Source: a virus. Taken from it: a DNA stretch of 42,210 nt. The notes below the pieces were generated by a model. It saw nothing but the letters and a program-made list of their open reading frames with translations, was not told the DNA's origin and did not search any database. The position numbers were made by a program, and so were the translations under genes. The stretch lies in IMG/VR virus record IMGVR_UViG_3300007351_000027. One strand, written 5' to 3'. Each line of letters starts with the position of its first letter. Position 1 is the stretch's first letter. Positions 38,720 through 42,210 of the stretch are shown in pieces.

Positions 38720-39361
38720 GTGACACGACAGCAATTGATGGATCGCTGCTTGGAAACGGTTGGCGATTCGACGCTCACAACTCAAGCTTCTGAATGGTTG
38801 GATAACATCCTACTTGAGATTGATGGACTTGGTTATTGGCGCTTCAACGAAGACACAGACACAATTACGACAGTAGACAGCATAGGAGACTACGCGCAGC
38901 CTGCGTCGTATAGCAAGGGCCTGATTATTACTCCGGGCACAATCGGCAAGCCTCTCGATCAAGTATCACTTCACACGTTGCTTGATGCGCGATCAGACAG
39001 TGCGACAGGCACGCCCACGATGTTTGCTCTCTTTAACGGGCGAGTCTACGTTTATCCAACTCCGGTTACAGGCTCGTTGCCTGTGCTGCAGTGCTATTTC
39101 TACGAGCAGATTACGTTGCCGACTGATAGCGTGACAGACATTGAAACATTGGTAGGCATCAAGAAGAAATGGCACAAGTACCTGCTGGACGGCATGATTG
39201 CACAGGGGTTGAAGCACATCGACGATGAGCGGCAGGGTGAAGCCCAAGCACTGTGGGATCAAGACAAGGTGATTATGATGGCGGATAACGAGGAATTTGT
39301 CACGCCCCGAGAGAAGGAAATGGACCGGCCTACTGAGGTAATTAAGCCGAGGGAACAATAA
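38720..39361 (+). CDS. Virion structural protein (head-tail adaptor candidate)
   Basis: 213 aa. GTG start with GGAGG 7 nt upstream. First gene after the capsid. N-terminal pattern is loosely shared with the next gene. Confidence 0.5.
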   Translation: MTRQQLMDRCLETVGDSTLTTQASEWLDNILLEIDGLGYWRFNEDTDTITTVDSIGDYAQPASYSKGLIITPGTIGKPLDQVSLHTLLDARSDSATGTPTMFALFNGRVYVYPTPVTGSLPVLQCYFYEQITLPTDSVTDIETLVGIKKKWHKYLLDGMIAQGLKHIDDERQGEAQALWDQDKVIMMADNEEFVTPREKEMDRPTEVIKPREQ

Positions 39362-39364
39362 GAC

Positions 39365-40234
39365 ATGGCTGCACCATCTGCACCGACACAAGCCAGCTTA
39401 ATTCGGGAAGCCCTCAACGAGTCGAATTCTATTGAGAAGTACGCCCGGGCTCGGGACGAGTGGTTTCCGCAGATTTTGCGTGACGTGGCCAGCCGTCGAG
39501 ACTGGAAAGCGCTTGAAGCCACAGCTGTGATCTTGCTGACGGAGAACAAGGTGACGGCGAGTCTGCCGTCTGACTACTCGCGTTGGATTCGTTTCGTACT
39601 GTATTACGGGCACGATGGTCTGATGCAAACCGGCAGTGTTAGCTCGTTCACGCTTGCGGCTGATGAAGATGTGACGGAAGCAGACGCCGAAGGGCGTTAC
39701 ATTATTACGACTAGCGGGACAGGCGCGAGCCAGTACCGGGTAATTTCATCGTATAACGATTCAACGAAAGTCGGATCTCCTGATTCGAATTTTACGACGG
39801 GGGTTGCAGCGAGTACGGGCTATGTGATCGGTACGACGCAACGAGAGCTGGGCTTGGCCTTTTGGGAAGACCGAGAATTGAATAACAAGCCTGGCATTCC
39901 AGACTCGTGGTCGGAATTCAATAAAGAGATCGTCTTCAATTGTCCGCCCGATGACACGGGAATGGCTGGGCTGCTCGACTACTACATCGACATTGATTTG
40001 CTGGATTTAAGTAGTGCAGAGATGACTGACATCTATTACCGATGGCGGCTGATCCTACATTGGGGTCTGTGTTATCGGGCCTGGCTTGAGCGGGGTGACG
40101 GTCGGGCGGTGAAGGCAGAAGCTGACTATGAACGAGCGATTTTGACGGCGGCAAAGCTGGATGAGCGGCAGCGTCGTGGACGACGCACGATGAAGTTTAC
40201 ATCTGGCGGCGGTTTGCCGGTACATGGGATTTAA
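39365..40234 (+). CDS. Virion structural protein (adaptor/tail candidate)
   Basis: 289 aa. Follows the previous stop by 3 nt. Confidence 0.5.
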   Translation: MAAPSAPTQASLIREALNESNSIEKYARARDEWFPQILRDVASRRDWKALEATAVILLTENKVTASLPSDYSRWIRFVLYYGHDGLMQTGSVSSFTLAADEDVTEADAEGRYIITTSGTGASQYRVISSYNDSTKVGSPDSNFTTGVAASTGYVIGTTQRELGLAFWEDRELNNKPGIPDSWSEFNKEIVFNCPPDDTGMAGLLDYYIDIDLLDLSSAEMTDIYYRWRLILHWGLCYRAWLERGDGRAVKAEADYERAILTAAKLDERQRRGRRTMKFTSGGGLPVHGI

Positions 40235-40237
40235 GCG

Positions 40238-41812
40238 ATGGGGATGAAGGGCGTTACGCACAGCCTCCTTCTGGACCGGGGAGGCTTTCAGTTTCCACAG
40301 AATATCGACGTGGCTGCTGAGACGGCTATGATGGACCCCACCCGCAATATCATCTTTGTAGATGGTGGACGCCAAAAACGTCGAGGGACGACGCACTCTG
40401 TCACGGCTCCCGACAATGGTTTTCTGCAGGTGGTATTGCCATACAAGAAGCTTGATGGGACGACGTATTTGATGGGTGTAACGGACGTAGGCAATGCCTA
40501 TGATCTGTTGACGGGCACGGCGAAAGGTACGTACGCCGCAGCCAATAACCCGGTTTCCGGTGTTGTGTTCAATGATACGGCGTATATCACATGCGTGGAA
40601 GCGACACCGAGGAAGTCCACAGGCGGCTCGTTCGCGGCACTCTCGAATATTCCGACTGACTGGGGTATGGTAGGCCCGAAGCAATTTCTGATTCGACGCG
40701 CAGGCAATAGCAATCGGCTCGTCGCTATCGGCGTTCCTGGCCATGAGAACGAAGTGTATTACTCTGACGCAGACTCAGATGATTTTTCTGATGTGAACGT
40801 GGAGATTGTGTCTGTCGAAGTTGGAGAAGCCGGCGGGTTAATTGGCGGGGTGGAATTTGGGAATCGGTTGATTGTGTTCTCGAAGACGCAGGCATTCATT
40901 ATCGACGACTCAGATGCTACTCCGGCGAATTGGACGTGGGACCGGGCGCAGTGGACAGGCGGGGCTGAGTACTGGCGGTTGATTTGTCGCACACAGAATG
41001 ACCTATTTGCAATGGTCGGTGAGGGCGACATTTATAGCGTGGTGACGGCGCAAGAATACGGAGACTACCGGGCGGCATCGGTGGCTCGTCCGGCTTGGGT
41101 ACATCGGTGGATTAAAGACAACATCGACTTGACGAGATTGGACGAGGCGCATTCGGTCTACGATCCTGAATTGCGCTGTGTCTATTGGTTTCTTCCTCGG
41201 GACGGCTCGTCGTTTGTCGATATGGCGCTGCTGTATTTCATCGACCGTCCGGCTGAAGAGGCGTGGATGCTGCAGGATAATCTCGCGTCAGACTCAGGTT
41301 TCCGGGCGACATGCTCTGCGTACGGGCAAGTGCCGTCCGAGTCATTCTCTCGTGTATTGACAGGTGGCCCGGTTGGCAAAGTCTGGTATCTCAACTCTGA
41401 TGAGTCGCTGTTATCTGACGACAGTGCTGATTATGAAGCTGGCTTTTCAACAACGCATTTGCACCAGGGAAATCCGAGATCCAGAAAGCGATACAAGTAT
41501 GGCCATGTGCTTTCGGTGGTTGAAGGTGACTTCGAGCTGGAAATTGACATTTATGTGGACGGGATTTACAAAACCACGAAGTCAGTCAGCCTCGGTACGG
41601 AGGCCGGCTCGTATGGTTCTGGATTGTATGGTACAGCAACATATGGCGGTGACGATTATTTGATTGCAGATTTCCCGATCAACTACATCGGCACTCGGCT
41701 GCAGTATCGTGTGCGGAATAACAATGCCGGCGAAGACTTCTTTGCGGCACGGTTGATGACAGATTTCAAGGAGCTGGGGTTGCGGCCCCTGAGTACCATT
41801 GCCAACCGATAA
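40238..41812 (+). CDS. Tail structural protein (nozzle/tubular-type candidate, beta-rich)
   Basis: 524 aa. Beta-strand-rich repeats. Lies between the adaptor candidates and the tail fibre. Confidence 0.5.
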   Translation: MGMKGVTHSLLLDRGGFQFPQNIDVAAETAMMDPTRNIIFVDGGRQKRRGTTHSVTAPDNGFLQVVLPYKKLDGTTYLMGVTDVGNAYDLLTGTAKGTYAAANNPVSGVVFNDTAYITCVEATPRKSTGGSFAALSNIPTDWGMVGPKQFLIRRAGNSNRLVAIGVPGHENEVYYSDADSDDFSDVNVEIVSVEVGEAGGLIGGVEFGNRLIVFSKTQAFIIDDSDATPANWTWDRAQWTGGAEYWRLICRTQNDLFAMVGEGDIYSVVTAQEYGDYRAASVARPAWVHRWIKDNIDLTRLDEAHSVYDPELRCVYWFLPRDGSSFVDMALLYFIDRPAEEAWMLQDNLASDSGFRATCSAYGQVPSESFSRVLTGGPVGKVWYLNSDESLLSDDSADYEAGFSTTHLHQGNPRSRKRYKYGHVLSVVEGDFELEIDIYVDGIYKTTKSVSLGTEAGSYGSGLYGTATYGGDDYLIADFPINYIGTRLQYRVRNNNAGEDFFAARLMTDFKELGLRPLSTIANR

Positions 41813-41822
41813 ATCAAGTTAT

Positions 41823-42210
41823 GTGACGTTCGATGAATATGGACTCGCAGAGATCCGGTGCATGGATTGCGGCGTGCCAATGAAACGCCGGGTGCTACGA
41901 AAACAGGCCATTGTAGACGAAAAGAAGAACCTGCTTGGATATGTCACTGACGAAGCTGGAAACCGAGTGGTCGTTCCAATCTTGGTACGGACTCGTCACT
42001 TTCACGAGCAGAAAGTCTCAACCGGATCAAACTCGTTCGCAAGAATCTTCCGCTGCAAGGAATGCAGTAGTGTACCGGTGGACAAGGATAAGTTGACGCG
42101 GCAAATCAAGCTGGCATGGGTTGAGGAAATGACGTTTGCAGGGAAGTCGCTATCAGATAAGAAGCGGCATTTGAAGGCGAATGAGCGTATGGCGGTAAGG
42201 GGAATCCTGT
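41823..42210 (+). CDS. Zinc-ribbon protein upstream of the tail fibre (runs off the window and finishes at 99-101 after circularisation)
   Basis: Hand-translated from GTG 41823: (V)TFDEYGLAEIRCMDCGVPMKRR...FRCKECSSVPVDKD...MAVRGIL. Missing from the ORF track because it has no in-window stop. Confidence 0.55.
   Translation, partial: MTFDEYGLAEIRCMDCGVPMKRRVLRKQAIVDEKKNLLGYVTDEAGNRVVVPILVRTRHFHEQKVSTGSNSFARIFRCKECSSVPVDKDKLTRQIKLAWVEEMTFAGKSLSDKKRHLKANERMAVRGIL
42112..42210. repeat. Terminal exact duplicate of 1-99
   Basis: See feature 1-99. Confidence 0.9.

Larger units (their letters stand above)
1..42210. mobile_element. Complete circularly permuted temperate phage genome (podovirus-like; no sheath or long tape-measure gene seen)
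   Basis: Identical 99-bp ends. Full set of packaging, head, tail-fibre, lysis, integrase/Xis and replication genes. Genes are tightly packed in three strand-coherent blocks. Confidence 0.8.

Noticed and set aside
37543-38778. 411-aa minus-strand ORF covering the whole major-capsid gene
   Set aside because: It is antisense to a well-supported capsid CDS with a strong SD. The translation is Arg/Ser/Pro/His-rich and low complexity, and there is no SD. This is a typical shadow ORF in moderately GC-rich coding DNA.

Overview
The window is one complete, circularly permuted phage genome of about 42.1 kb. Bases 1-99 are repeated exactly at 42112-42210, and an ORF reads across that junction. All family calls come from motifs read by eye in the supplied translations; no searches were run.

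Layout:
(1) A rightward late operon starts at a consensus extended -10 promoter (30146-30175). It runs: unknown 199-aa protein, HNH-like protein, TerS-like protein, a secreted HExxH protein, TerL, portal, scaffold, major capsid, and three adaptor/tail proteins. It then crosses the junction into a Zn-ribbon protein, a tail fibre with an internal duplication, a GH108 lysin, three large internal-virion-like proteins and a holin module, ending at 8243.
(2) A lysogeny module follows: a wHTH gene with its own promoter, an attP-like region with two pairs of 11-bp-phased TGCTACC repeats, a tyrosine integrase and Xis.
(3) A long leftward early/middle region (29304 down to 10312) is driven by promoters at 29276-29304 and 26010-26039. 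It holds many tightly coupled tiny genes, several below the 60-aa ORF-track cutoff, and a T7-like replication set: DnaB-like helicase, Toprim primase, tRNA-Pro(UGG), RtcB RNA ligase, family-A DNA polymerase, Cas4-like and DnaQ-like exonucleases, and a PD-(D/E)XK resolvase-like nuclease. No phage RNA polymerase is present.

Most notable observations:
- A lambda-like immunity topology in which a 67-aa zinc-ribbon protein, not an HTH repressor, sits between divergent strong promoters decorated with TGTCA/TGACA inverted repeats.
- A promoter-driven ORF-free region of about 550 bp (29591-30145) with perfect palindromes, TCCGGCAGAAA iterons and an AT-rich core. It could be an origin, a pac site or a long ncRNA.
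- A tRNA-Pro wedged with zero spacing between the primase stop codon and the rtcB ribosome-binding site.
- An untranslated, structured stretch of about 315 nt with its own promoter and terminator downstream of polA.
- Three HNH-like paralogues, two of which bracket a gene for an RGG/glycine-rich protein.
- A signal-peptide HExxH gene embedded in the packaging module and overlapping the TerS reading frame by 254 nt.
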